This document shows, piece by piece, positions 26,151 through 39,055 of a stretch of 64,000 bases of DNA; the stretch's first letter is position 1; the number at the start of each line of letters is the position of its first letter. The notes under the pieces were generated by a model. It was not told the DNA's origin. It saw only the letters and a list, made by a program, of their open reading frames with translations, and did not search any database. The stretch comes from Convolutriloba macropyga (taxonomy: Eukaryota): NCBI RefSeq assembly GCF_964194025.1, contig NC_134468.1, positions 12,028,001 through 12,092,000 of the forward strand. The letters are read 5' to 3'. The position numbers and the translations under genes were made by a program.

Positions 26151-29124
26151 ACTTAAATTGTTTTAGTTTTGTCGAGGAAACCTCAATCTGGCACCTTACA
26201 CTGATACAACGGCGCTTTCTGGTGACCAAGCATTTTCTGCCAGGCCCGAAATCTCCCATTACCATTATTTTAAAACTGCAATTCCGTAAGATAACAAAAA
26301 AATGCTCTCGAAAATGGCGAGGCTCGATTTTTTTGTCACTTGCTTCAGGCGAATGCCTCACGTGCTTCGAGTGGCTGCAGCTTCCTTTAGCAGTAATAGT
26401 AGTTCCCGCATGTTTCTTTACATGATGTTATTAGCGCTTATAGACCAAATGACTTTAAATTGAAAAGTGACACCACCTTTGGCGCATTTTTAAAAATATT
26501 TTAAGTACCAAACTGCCGTCAATTAAATTCAGCTGCTTAAAACTCCCAAAGGCTTGCAATTTAGATCATGAAAAGTCTTTAAAAAAGTCGAGGGCAAAAA
26601 GGTGAATGGAAAGGTCGAATTTTGCTCAATATTCATATATTTATTGTATCTGTACTATGACTCTCGTTATCTGGGCTGTTTATTGGATAGACTCCGAGTG
26701 GATCGCTCCTCAAAAGCAGCATCTTTACTTATGATACAAGTTTTTTCCGATACTGCGAAGAGAATTTAAGTCTCTTCTCTTTTCTCTTTCACTTCAGAAG
26801 GCTGTTTTATATTTTCATCGATCATAAATAAAAACATAAGAAATTAGCTGACCAACCACAAAATACCGAAAATCGATTTCTAACACCGCATGAGTAATCA
26901 CACAACCATTTTTAGAACCACTAGTTCATATTTTCACTCGCTGGCTTCAATTTGTAATCTCACCTAATTGATTACTGTCACAACTTCATACTCAAACCAC
27001 AGCTATGTGGCAAAAAGCATGAAAATCACGAAAACAGCCAAATTGCTAACGCATATCAAGACGCTTTGACCTGAAACTATAAAAGCTTTAGTTTAAATTA
27101 GTCAAGCATGTTTGAGCTTAGCTCTGAGGACCATAAATGCTACTTAACTGTTCTCGAATTCAATCAAGCATAGATTGCAACTCTTGAAACTCGACTCAGT
27201 TTGTTTAAAAAGCCTCGAAGCGCGCCGAGATAAGACGCCAGAAACTAAAGTTGCAAACACGAAACATGTCTTAAACTTTACTACAAGACGACAGTAAGTA
27301 GTAATAGTAAAGCTCCCTCAATACATAGTAATAGTATACCACCACCACCAACCGACCAACTTTCGATCTTTGACAACACAGGTTTAATTCGTGCGTAAGT
27401 AAACTAAAACGTGAAGCTCATAGATTAGTTTGCAAGTTTTCTGTCAACCAAATACCTTTCTCGCTTCGAACACGAAGCTCGCTAAACTTAGCTCAACGAT
27501 TGACTTTAACTTAATTTGTAAGAACGACCTTTGCTAACTTGGTCTTCAATGAACCTCAAAAATAATAAACCGAACAGTTAAACTAAAAAATCTGCACAAC
27601 TTAGAAAAGCAATAGAACATGTCCCAGGCCAAGTAAATGAAAACAACACTTTTCAGCCTGATTAAACTTTGCAACCTGTTGAGAAATTACTATCACAAAA
27701 ACTCTAGGCGAAATGCTTTGAAAGATGTTATACTTTCTCTTCAAAACTGATATTAGTTACTGCTAAAAGCAAACCCGCGAAGTTCAACACTTTGAAAATT
27801 GAAAAGTAGGCAATTAACATTTTCATGGAAGTATTTCATCCTCAGCTATTACCAGGGATTAAAACTTGAAAAAGGAGGCTAAAAATTAATGCATGATATT
27901 CTGATGGTAAAGATTCGTCGCCCACCATTATGACGCGGTGACGCACAAATAAAAATGCTCAACACATTTCTGAAGCAGCCGAAGACTAACATTCCACAAG
28001 CAACGTCTAGTACTTATTGGATCGCAAAAACAGTTAAATCTAACTCATGCGACAGCAAAATTAAAAACCATAGCAGGACACGTCCTGAATAACAAACCAA
28101 AGAATTAATAAAACTATTGATCTTAGAATTACTATTTTACAACATCAATCTAAGACAGTCAACAAAGCCCTGACCCTATATGCGCAAAAATGAACAAAAT
28201 ATTCAAAAACAATTAGAAAAATTCTTTTTCACAAATGTTGTGCTTTAAGAATCCCTAAAAATGACATGAATTTTTGAAAATATTGACTCTATGCGTCCTT
28301 AAAATGAGTAGGAAAACAACAACCTTGTGGGAATCAATAGCAGACAATGTGGGAAAAAAAGCAAAAAAGATGCTAAAATCGAAGAAAATTGACAAAAATC
28401 AGAAACTTAAAATGCAAAATCAGCGTTGCGAAGGCTACCCGAGGCTCCACACTATGAGATTGTCTCTTCAAAACAGTTTTGGTGAATCTCATTCTTAGAA
28501 TATAGTAAGGCTCAGGGATCTAAGCGCACTAGTCAAATGGGTCGGACGAAAAACAGGTCAAGCATAAAATCGCATACAAAAGAAATCAGGACAAATATAA
28601 TTGCTACAAAGTTTGTATGATAGCAATTAGACGACTAAAAACTTAAAAACATTTTTAAAATGTTTCATATATAGAAGACGGAGATAAGGACAAAACCAAC
28701 AAGAAAGGACAAAATCAGCAAAAAAACAACATGCTCTACAAAGATTCAACAAAATATAGCTATAAATTATGCAGAAACTGGTTAACTGCTACTCCTGATC
28801 AATTATTCAAAAAAAATAGCAAATTTGCCATAGTTTATTTCATTGAGGGCTCCCTGTTGAGCTTCCAATGGCTTCCATTGACACCTCCAGATTAGCTCTA
28901 AAAATTGACCAGGAAAAGTGACGAAAAACACAAAATCAAAATAAATTAGCAAAAATAAACAAAAAACAGACGAAAATTGGCCAACAGTTGCTTAAAATTA
29001 CTCATTATCTTTTTCAAACTGAAGCCGACTAATGTTCTTGAACGACAGTCGAGGTAATTTAATTCATTAAATTCAGGGGCTATAGCCTAGATAAATTTTC
29101 CTTTAAGGGTGCAAAAATAGGTTA

Positions 29125-29193
29125 CCACGGCGCATTCGAACCACTGACCTCCCGCTTCCTGACCAGAAGCACTGCCCACTCGGCTATCACGCC
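29125..29193 (-). pseudogene. tRNA-derived segment (Pol III A/B boxes) inside a HINE
   Basis: Minus strand GGCGTGA-TAGCCGAGTGG...AGGTC-AGTGGTTCGAATGC; box spacing is tRNA-like but the acceptor stem does not pair. Confidence 0.7.
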
Positions 29194-29375
29194 CTTCTCA
29201 CTCTTCTGCAATCAATTTTATTTTAGCAAAAAGCTTTAATTTGGAGCGAGAGCAATACAAATCATTCAAATATGAAGAACGAAAGAGTGAAAAGTCACTT
29301 GAGAAGTCAAAGAATGTTCTAGAAAGCGCAAAATGGTGAAGCAAAAAATTTGCAAAAAAGACCAACACCTTTATA

Positions 29376-29875
29376 AACATAGCTGGCAGATTGCCAGAAA
29401 ATAGCCGCAATAGATTCGTAGATCGGCAGTCTAAAAACAGTAAAAAAGACAGACCAAAAAATTCGTCTTTTCATTGAAGGCTGATATGTTATATTTTGAT
29501 TAAAAATCTGTATAAAGTTTTTGCTGCCTCTATCAGCTGATCTCAAATAACCTTCATTTAGAGTGACGCACACCCATTTGACCTTATCTCATTGAATTAA
29601 AGTAAATAAGTCAATTTCAAAGTGAGGAAGTTATTGTTGAGAGTGAGGTAAGTCAAGTGTGACCAAAAATTTAATCACGCTCGCTCCACTAAAATTTAAT
29701 CACAAAAAAACTAAGAGCGAAAAATGACGTCACACATGCAATTCAGTTAAAATTGCATGAACGAATGAACAAAAAGTGGCTGTGACGTCATATGGGTCGT
29801 AACAAAAATTATGACAACGGAGAAAAAAACAAGAGAAGACCAATAATAGCCCCAGCTATCGCTGTGCGGCTATTA
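29376..29875 (-). mobile_element. HINE family B, complete
   Basis: AACATAG + CTGGCA-GAT-TGCCAG hairpin + AATAGCCGCA SIR ... AATAGCCCCAGCTATCGCTGTGCGGCTATT. Confidence 0.88.
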
Positions 29876-30655
29876 ATAATATCTATGAACATCGTTCAAG
29901 AATAATTAAAAGCAACTCAAACTTGAGATCAATTCAATAAAAAGTCTGCCAAAAACTAGAACAACTAATGTGAACCACAGACCTAACCTCACGAGTTGCC
30001 ATAAAATTACGAAGAATACAATTTGAAGACAACTTGAACTAAAAAGACTAGAATAAATGAATTTTTAATAATACAAGCACACAGAGTACAGTGATGCAAA
30101 TAGAGTACTGCTCGCAAAAGAAAACGCCAACTACAATTTGCTAAGAACCTTGTCTAGCAATAAAAAACGAAAAAGCAAAAAGTATTATTAAAAAATCCTC
30201 AAGTTTTTGATACTTAATACCATCAGAACTGTTACCAATTGGTACTTTAGAACACCTGTACTGATAAACGTCCATTCAAAACACACTTTTAGCATTAAAA
30301 CAAAACAATGTGCGAAAAATCGCTCAAATTCACCTAAAAAGTAAAACAGATGAAAAACCTTAAATTTACTAAGAACTCATATAATTCCCATAAAACTTCA
30401 AACCACCAACGAAACAAGCCCAAAATTTAAAAAATATCATAATCAAGTCTCCAAAAAATTTGAGGAAAAAACTACTATAAGTGAACAATTAAAAATTCGC
30501 TCTTAGAATTTTATTGTCACACCTCAATTTCTCGCTCTCTCTCCAAAACCACTCTCTTTTCCCTCCAGTCTTCATTTTTGTTCAGCAAACAAACCACTCC
30601 AATTTTTCACGCGTTTGATTCACTGCTTCAAAATTCACTCCAATAAAATTGGTTA

Positions 30656-31161
30656 AAACAACCGATTAATGTCGGGCGAATTGCTCTCAAACGACGGGCG
30701 AGCGGTTGGCTTGGGTAATAAGTCAGCTGGGGCTTAGGGATGCCAGCATTGGGAGGGGTGAGCGAAGTGGGGGATTAAACAATGGGGGGGGGGGGGGGTC
30801 AAGCGATGAGGGGTAGGGTTGTGCAAGAGAGGGGTTTCAAATCGCCAGGTTGGAGGAGGCTGGATGGGGGTGTCTGGAATACAGGAAGTTAAACTCACTA
30901 CAAGGGGCTTCAAATGGCGGGGGATTCAACAAAACCAATTTCGCACAAATTTTCAATTGATTTTTACTGATAAACTGCAGGCAATTGAGATCAGCTGCGC
31001 AAATTGTGAATGATGAAGCACTTCAACATGTGAGAATCAAGAAACAGCGTGAAAGAGTTACTTGAAAAGTGGTTAGACGAAAAAAGATTTGACAAAAAAT
31101 AGGTCATACGAAAAGCCAACAGCTTTAAATAATTGCGACAATCTTCGTTTGAGAGCAATTA
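30656..31161 (-). mobile_element. HINE family A with G-rich core
   Basis: CCGATTAATGTCGG + AATTGCTCTCAAACGA ... TCGTTTGAGAGCAATT (perfect 16-bp SIR pair). Confidence 0.88.
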
Positions 31162-31252
31162 ATAAAAGATTGAGATAGGATTCAAATAATCGTTTGACAC
31201 CATTAAAACCCGAAAATACGTTCAAAAAGCTTGGTTTTTCTAAATTTTTCTT

Positions 31253-31340
31253 AAAATTACTTTTCTTATTGAAAGAAAAATTACTTTTCTTATTGAAAGA
31301 AAAGGAATTAGGAAAATTACTTTTCTTATTGAAAGAAAAA
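31253..31340. repeat. 24-bp unit AAAATTACTTTTCTTATTGAAAGA, three copies
   Basis: Two adjacent copies and a third after a short spacer. Confidence 0.9.
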
Positions 31341-31373
31341 GCTTCGGTTGCCGTAAATGAACTATGAAATAAT

Positions 31374-31508
31374 TGGACCTGTCCCATTAACCCCCCCCCC
31401 CCCCCCAGCTCTGTGGTCAGATAACCTATAGCCCCCCTCCCAATCATGGTAAATATACAATAATGGGGGGCTATAATTTCATGGGATGGCTATAATGGGA
31501 AAGACCCA
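31374..31508. mobile_element. Small MITE-like foldback next to an exon donor
   Basis: Ends TGGACCTGTCCCATTA / TAATGGGAAAGACCCA (13/16 inverted match) plus internal TATAGCCCCC / GGGGGCTATA; no clear target-site duplication. Confidence 0.5.
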
Positions 31509-31540
31509 AATAGTTGACAACTAGTAATCATTAAACTTAC

Positions 31541-31990
31541 CCTATTGTGACTGTAGATCTTATAAATTAAGTCTTGTTCCTCCACTTTGCGTGTACTGTC
31601 TACGAGGTGCTTCACGTTAGAATTCCTCGTACATGCTTCCCTGTGTGGACACGGGTCTGCACTGTGAGATCTTGCAAAACAAGAACACGAATACTGATTT
31701 GTATCAATTTCAGAATTGGGTAATTGATGTAATCGTGACGATGGGTCATTCGGACCAGAAGTTACTGCTCCCATCTGCTCTGCTAACTGCTGTTGTTTAA
31801 TATCCGTAAAACTTCCGTCTAGGGAGGAGACTTCGGACGATGCTGAAGATTTGAGAGATCCCAGGGATTCCGACGTTAGGACTCCGGCGCCCATTGATAG
31901 TACTGAGCCCGGTTTGTTTATGCTGTTGTTGTTATTGTTGTAGGTTAGAAGAGCGCTATTAGCAGACGACTGTCTGGTTCTTTCATCGCG
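31541..31990 (-). CDS. NCOR: NCoR/SMRT exon 2 (end of coiled coil, expanded spacer, IYxxNR motif)
   Basis: RDERTRQ...DLIYKIYSHNR resembles SIVQIIYDENR; TTATAG / GTAAGT; 450 nt, phase 0/0. Confidence 0.9.
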
Positions 31991-33116
31991 CTATAACAAA
32001 GTAAAATCATAAAATAAGGAGACATGAAGAGAATGTTGACTTAAGAGTTTCAGAATACCAATTTGTCCGTTTTTAGACAAAAATATTGCCGCATTTTTCA
32101 ACGAATAATTTAGAGTAAACCTGATTAAGCTGTGAATTGTGCTGGTATCAACTCTACCTTTAAAATCAGCATGAAATCGTCACTTTGACTAAGAAAGAAG
32201 ACGATTCGTAATATAACTATTTTTAAAAAAGAAATATCAACATCGAAAAGAAAAGGAATTTCAAAAAGATAGTTAACGAGTTGTAGAAGATAAATTGTAA
32301 ATCTTTAATTTATAAATAGCATGTTGGCTAAGGTTATCTAAATAAACTGCCATAATCCACAATTCAGTACTGATCGATTGTTTTACGTACACCTCTCACA
32401 GCATATTTGTTCAGTAAGCTTCGGTTCAAATTCATGCCGAATATTTCACTAATCGATAATATTTGCAAACTCCACATCAAACTATATGCTTAAAATAACA
32501 AAAACACGGTGCTAAAATCAGCTCAAAATAATGCACAACAAACGTGCAATTTTAATTGCAAATGCTTACTTAGGCAACACATTTTTTAAATATTTAATCT
32601 GGCTGAAATAAAATGTGACAAAAATTTGAACGACAGTAAAATGGCTATAAAGGCTAACTGAACGATGGATGTGCAGGAAAAAAGTTGCTGGAAAATATTT
32701 ACCACTGCGTGAACAAAACAGCGGAAAAATGTCCCAGAAATGATCAACAAAAATGTAAATTATGTGACTGATTGAATGATTACTTCGATCTAATTTATCA
32801 GTAAGAAACTAACAGCGAAAATTAAACAATACAAAATTCATTAAAACGATTTACCGCAACCACACCATTGTTGCCAGTTTCTCAGACACCTTATAATTTA
32901 TTTTTTTAAATTTAAAGGATGCGATAAAAAATGATTTTTATAAAGCAATTTTCGTCCGACAACATCCTCCCAAACAACAATAGATGATATCAAACAACAA
33001 GAAAGACAAGCAGCCAAGCAAGCAAGTGGCAATGCAGATTACAAATTATGGTTAACTTCATCAAAACGTGAAGGAATTCCTGCCACAAACAAAAAAATTA
33101 ACTCAAAAATAACGTA

Positions 33117-33550
33117 AACATAACAATTTATCGTCGAGCAACTGCTCTCTAACGACTGGCGAGCGGTTGACTTCGTTATTGCTTAGCTATTGTTTAGAGA
33201 ACTATATTCAGCTAAAAACAAGAAGCGTGAGGTGGGTAGAAAAATCTTTATTGAAGAGGGAAGAGGCGTGCGGTGAGGTGAGCACGTTTGGGGGTGGTAA
33301 TTGAGTACGGGGGGTCAAACTTTTAAGACTAAGAACCACCCTTCACACCAGGAAATTATGCAGTCTTAGTGACTGATTAAGCGTAAGGCTCTGAGAGAAC
33401 TTAATGCCCTCCGAGCGTTAACTGTCTCACTTTTGAGGACAAAAAGTCAAATGGGTCAGATCAAAAATCAGTCAAGAGCATGAAGCACAAGAATCGCATG
33501 AAACCACATGACTGATACAATCGCTACAAAGTTTGTTTGCAAGCAATTGA
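33117..33550 (-). mobile_element. HINE family A, degenerate
   Basis: AACATAAC..GTCGAGC-AACTGCTCTCTAACGA..GAGCGGTTG..GCTACAAAGTTTGTTTGCAAGCAATT. Confidence 0.75.
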
Positions 33551-34375
33551 AAACATTGTTTGGAAAACAAATCTACAGCTTCTAAAAAACTTTGGCCACC
33601 CAAAATTAAACGAAGCGATCTTCAGCAAGAGTTGGAACGTCTAAAATCAAGCGAGCTTTATTAACACAAAGGTCATTTTATTCTTAACGAAAGTAAAAAA
33701 ACAAATTGAGACCAAGAACTTAACAGTCTTACTAAGGGAACTCCGATTTGTTCAAAAACAAAGACAAGTGTGCGGCATTCTATGTATGCCAGCAAAAGCA
33801 TATATCGGTAATGAATTAAAATAAAATCGATTAGAGCAATTTAAAAAAAAACTTTCTATAAGCTGATACAGTAGAAAGAAAAAGTGGCAGAAATAAACAA
33901 GAGGATATTGCAAACTTCAAAAAAATTGTCCATAGTTTTTGAGTCATATGGGTCAGATGAGAAATCAGTCAAGTGCATAAAGCACAAGAATCGCATAAAA
34001 CCACATGTCTAATACAATCGCTACGAATTTCGTTTGCGAGCAATTGAAAACATTGTTCGAAAAATAAACAAAAAGCTTCTAAAAAAATTTTGGCCATTCA
34101 AAATTGAACTAATTTTAACGCAAATGTCACTTTATTCTTAACGAAACTTTCCAACAAATAAACTGAGACCAACAATGAAACAATCTTACCAAGAGAATTC
34201 CGCTCTGTATTCTATGTATGGCAGTGAAAGCAAATATCGGTAATAAAGTTAATTGAAAGCGATCAGAGCAACATTTTTTGTAAAAAAAAAACCTTCTATA
34301 AGCTGATATAGTACTAGAAAGAAGTGGCAGAAATAAACTAGAGGATATTGCAAACTTCAAAAAACTGTCCATAAT
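33445..34375. repeat. ~495-bp tandem duplication (HINE end plus ~385 bp of flank)
   Basis: ATGGGTCAGAT...GAGGATATTGCAAACTTCAAAAAA(T/C)TGTCCATA occurs at 33451-33934 and 33948-34374. Confidence 0.9.
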
Positions 34376-35049
34376 TTTAAGATCTAAAACGTATCGTCTA
34401 TCTACGTATAGAGATTGTTGGTTTTCGTGAAATGTAAGCGAACGTTAGTATGTGAATTGAGAAAGCACTGAAAAATTAAAATGTATTCCAACTAGTTATT
34501 GCGTTTCAGCTCAGAGACCTTTAATCATGCGAGCTCCTTGGGACAACTTGCATATGAAGACTCGCGGGGCACAGATTATTGGTTTAGTCAGCCTAGTATA
34601 AGAGAGGCCGCCTAAAATGCCAAGGGGTGGGGGCATTACTACCGAAATTGCCAGAAATTACGCATTCTCCAGCTTTGTACACTGAAAAAAAAAATTCTGA
34701 AAAAGCTACACAAGGAAAAAGCTCTAAGAACCCAAATATTCGCTCTCAATTACTCTTGAGGTTAATTAATCGACCGTTAAGAAGAAACAAATACCATTTT
34801 GAAAAGCAATTAATTACCTGTTTGTTTCAGGTCATTTTTGAATGGTTAACGTGATGAATAATTGAAGTTCACAGCCTGTTTAAACATTGACGCTTAAACA
34901 TGCATTTTTGGCTCTCGCTAAACATGGTCCCTTATCATGTCTTACGTTTAATATATACAGGGTCAAAATTACGTGCCTTCGGAAAACTTTAAAACACCAT
35001 TTACAAGCATTACAATTAGAAATTTTAGCTCTTCTCAAAATCTAGACCC

Positions 35050-36000
35050 TTAAAGAAAACGCTATAACAAAATAAGTAGTTCTGCTTTCAAAAACATTGG
35101 AAAAGTGCACACTATTCATTATAATTAAAATACTCACTTCCCTTACTGCATTTTTCATATTTTCCAGACAAATATCCAGGAGTATATTCAACACCAAGGG
35201 TTCTACATTAAAATACAAATTATTTGCAATATGCATTAGCCTGGTATGAAACAATGAAAATTTAGGCTTAGCTCGGTGGTAACGCTTCCCTTGGCAAAAA
35301 CATGCAAATACGAATTTTTAGTTCTACTCGCCAGATACAACGCGTATTCTAATTCGTTTTGAAAAAAATGAGAGCTTTATTTTATACGTACCGTATGCAC
35401 ATTTGGCATTTTGTGTTTTTATTGAACTTTGAATAATACATTTTTATGGATCAATAAAAAATAAGTAGAACGCATACGCGCATACAACCATATAGTGTAT
35501 AGAAAAAAGCGAGCCGAGCTAGTGCATTTTTATTATTTTTAATAATTTCGTCACGTGCTCCCTTTCTTTTTCTCTCTCCAAATGCATTGTTGGTTTGCAC
35601 AGTTGAAAGCACACCACACATAATAGCAGCACAGCACTGGCTCAATACAATAATGTCATTATTGAGCACTACTTAAAACGGAGCTTAAAAATAAGCTTCA
35701 CCTCAAACCATAATGCATCATTGTATGTGTTTGCATTCATTGCATTCAAGTTGCAATTCAAATAGCACTTGTTTGGGGGGTAAGCAAAGCAAAAAATAAG
35801 CTTGGGCCTAATACATAAAAAGTGAACAATTAGCTTTTCCTGTGGTAGCTTTAGAACACAGCTGAATTCGTGACCGCAATTCAGTGAACTCAAACAAAAA
35901 CCAAATCTATCAATAGATGTATTATTGACTTAACAATATTTTGCGTTAAAATATGGCATGACAATGACATAAGGGCAAATATTGAACTAATAAAACATTT
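35050..36000 (-). mobile_element. Possible very old LINE RT relic
   Basis: Minus-strand peptides CIRPKLIF (VLGPLLF-like), YNDA (YADD-like) and LGV...LS(W) occur in RT order; highly degenerate. Confidence 0.3.
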
Positions 36001-36214
36001 TTTGCCACAAATGTCCTATTTTTAATCAGTCTTTGGCAATAAGAATTCCAATTGAGCATTAATAAATTGTTAACTTATCAAGACATGATAATCGCTAAAT
36101 TTTTTGATAAAACACTAGCAATAGCAATCAATTCAAAAGAAAGGCAATGAAATCAGCCTAATCAGCCTTTAAGAAATTGAACAAAATCACTTATGCAACA
36201 AAATAACAACAATA

Positions 36215-36608
36215 AACATAACCGACTTACGTCGGGCGAATTGCTCTCAAACGTCCGGCGAGCGGTTGGCTTCGTCACTAGCTAGCCACGGGGGGGGGGG
36301 GGGTGCACCGGGGGCTGATGGGGGGCAACACTGGGGTTGGGGGGCTACAGCGCGGTGGGGGGTGGAGGTAATAGGGGGGGGGGGCTCAACCTCTAAGAAC
36401 CGCCCTTCACACCGTAAGTATAAGTCTCCAAAACAGTTTGAGCTGTGAAAAAGAGCTGAAAGGCTATAAGAGCACTTAATGCCCGCTTGGCGCTACCTGT
36501 TTATGCCGTTTTTGAGGACGAAAAGTCAAAAGCGTCAGGCGAAAAATCGCATAAAAAAAGACCGACAGGACTAAAATAATTGCTACAAACTTCGTTTGAG
36601 AGCAATTA
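36215..36608 (-). mobile_element. HINE family A, near-consensus, G-rich core
   Basis: AACATAACCGACTTACGTCGGGCGAATTGCTCTCAAACG ... AATTGCTACAAACTTCGTTTGAGAGCAATT. Confidence 0.9.
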
Positions 36609-36613
36609 ACAAT

Positions 36614-37094
36614 AAATCTAGCCGGCAAATTGCCGGAAAATAGCCGCGATAGACGATTGTGGCCTTCCATCAATTGAAACAACTAAAGAAACAAGATAGG
36701 TAGATTGGCCAAAAGTCATTTAGACTACTAAATTTTTTGGGTTAGATACGTACTGTCAATTTTATGACACATACTGTCTATAAAGAAAAAGCCCTAAAAG
36801 AGCTTTCCCAAAATTGATATGCAAAATCAAAATCTCAAGATTAATACTCAAGAATTAGGGCATAAAAGTTTGGCACCACTTAGATGCGAACTATTGATCT
36901 TTAACTAGTAAATGTTCACATAAAAATTAAAGTTCCATAAGTGAGTTCAGAAATCATTTTTTAGTGAGGTGAGTCACGCAACTGACCTTAAAGCAGAAAT
37001 GACGTCACGGTAAGACAAAACAAAAATTTGTTAGACGAAGTAAAAAAAATTAGGAGCGCAATAATGGCCGCCTGGAATTGCTGACGCGTCTATT
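36614..37094 (-). mobile_element. HINE family B abutting the family A copy
   Basis: CCGGCA-AAT-TGCCGG hairpin + AATAGCCGCG SIR ... AATGGCCGCC...ACGCGTCTATT; body like 43020-43290. Confidence 0.8.
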
Positions 37095-37563
37095 AAAAAA
37101 CGTAACAACAGAAATCAATGCGTCTAGCCAAGGAAAAATTTTCAATTAGCCAAGATTGATGAAACAAACTACCCGCCAACACACAAAAAATAGAGAAAAT
37201 TTAAACATAACCAGCTGCCTGCGAATGACTTGAGATATTCTCAGGTCACCTCAACTTTTCTGCAGAAGACATACGCAGAAGTCATTGTAAAAGTAATGGA
37301 TGAATAGAACCGACTCTAATGAAGTCAAAATTATGAAGTCACGCACTTTACACCGCAAAAATAAAAATTTGACGAATGAACAAAAAATTGATTTGAACCG
37401 TTCAAAACAACGCTTGACAACGAAATGTAACGCAAAGAAGGCCAACAATAGCCCCCCCCCCAAAAAAAATCGTTATCACGCCCGTTGCGAAACAACCCAA
37501 CTTCAATTTTTGAAAAGATTTTATTGTAACCCGCTGAATAAAAAATTTATGATTTGAGAAACG

Positions 37564-37850
37564 AAACATTAACCTAACTTCGGATGAATTTCTCTCAAAC
37601 GACAGACCGGGCAATTTAATTTAGTGGGGGTAAGTTAGAAACATTTTAGTGGCGCAAAACACAGACCGGTTAAGGGTTCGATCACCGCAGGGGTTCGAGC
37701 AACTTTGATCACTCAAAATAGGAAAAACTCAAACGTGAAAACGTCACTAAAGACTACGAAGAATAATCTAGAACACAAGTGCAATAACAGTCAAGCCAAA
37801 AATTTGCAAAAAAAGACCAACACGTTTACAATAATTGCCTCAACCTTTAT
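37564..37850 (-). mobile_element. tRNA-type HINE-A variant with truncated tRNA segment
   Basis: AATTTCTCTCAAACGACAGACCGGGCAATTTAA..TTAGAAA..CACCGCAGGGGTTCGAGC..AAAGACCAACACGTTTACAATAATTGC. Confidence 0.65.
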
Positions 37851-39024
37851 TTTGTTATCCGAGTAGGCAGTTCGCTCTTTTTACTCTCAGGGACGCAATT
37901 TAAATATACTTTAATTGAGAATTTCTGCCGCTTGTTTAATGTAACAATAGAAACTAATTAACTAATTTAACAAAATTCATTTCATTTACTAATCAGGGAA
38001 CGCCCAGAAGCTACCACCTAAATTTATTTTACAAAAAGGCTGCGAAGATTCGGAAAATAATTACTCTTATGTACTACTCTACGTTCTACTAATCAAAAAG
38101 ATTCAGGAGATTATGACAAAAAATGTTTGTTGGGGCGTTTTTGCTATTTTTGGAACAAAAATGAGAAAAGGCCCAAAGATCAGCCATTTTTTCCGAATTT
38201 TCCAAATGATGAACTAAAAGCGAGTTTTGATGTAATACGGCTAGAAACTAACATCGTCTTCAGGGTCTTAAAATTTGAGACAAATTGATTTAAAAAATCC
38301 GGAAGTTCAAAAATTCTGCATAAGTTTTAAGCAGTGTAAACGATAAAAGCAAGATTCCAGCTCATTGCCTTGAAAATGTACTGAATTAAAATTCAACTTG
38401 AAAAAAATTCTGCATTTTATTCGCCAATCGCATGTATTGGGTACTCCATGCCTTGTTTATTTTTCCACATCTAACTTGCAGTTGAAAGGACACGTAGCGT
38501 GTTCAATAAACACAGCTGCAACCTCTATTTATTATTCATTATTTTGATGAAAGCAAAGAAGTATAAGCATCCAATTCGAGCTGCACTGCACGGCTATGAT
38601 TAAGAAACAAGAAAGGCTTTCAACTGCGGTGAATTAATTTTTAAAACGATTTTAATCAGCTTGGCCGTATTTTTCAAATCAACCTTTTCATAACGACCTC
38701 AGCTTATACTATACCATTTATGAGCATAAATACATGGGCCGTGACTTCTCAAAATGTAGTTTACTTAGCAAACAGAAACGTCATTACTATCTATCAAACA
38801 ATCACGATACTTGGCCTCGGTTCAACTCACTTGCCATCAATGAAGCAAAAAAGTAACAAAGTCAACAGAAGAAAAAGTTTAATAAAAGCGACTTAGCAGA
38901 CCATCATGCATCAGAATAAAATACATGAACCATCATTTCTATAACGACAAACTTTTTTAGCTTGTTTTTTTGTTATTTCCTATTTATTATACGGCAACAC
39001 AAAATTATAGTGCCGAAATTATTT

Positions 39025-39055
<31 letters not shown>

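Larger units (their letters stand above)
29020..29908 (-). mobile_element. tRNA-bearing HINE-A variant split by a nested HINE-B
   Basis: GCCGACTAATGT at left; tRNA-like segment 29125-29193; A-type body stops at AAAGACCAACACCTTTAT (29375) and resumes at AATAAT...CATCGTTCAAGAATAATT (29876-29908). Confidence 0.72.

Noticed and set aside
29125-29193. Functional tRNA genes at 7.3, 7.8, 29.1, 50.9 and 63.8 kb
   Set aside because: Acceptor and anticodon stems are broken and all sit inside repeat copies; treated as tRNA-derived relics.
30677-31161. Classifying family A/B/C as classical TIR MITEs
   Set aside because: Inverted repeats are subterminal and asymmetric (extra hairpin on one side, palindrome on the other), and the empty-site comparison shows no sequence-variable TSD.
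31253-31340. Short direct repeats (also 45551-45635 and 63951-64000) as a CRISPR-like array
   Set aside because: Eukaryotic intronic context, no regular unique spacers and no cas genes; ordinary minisatellites.
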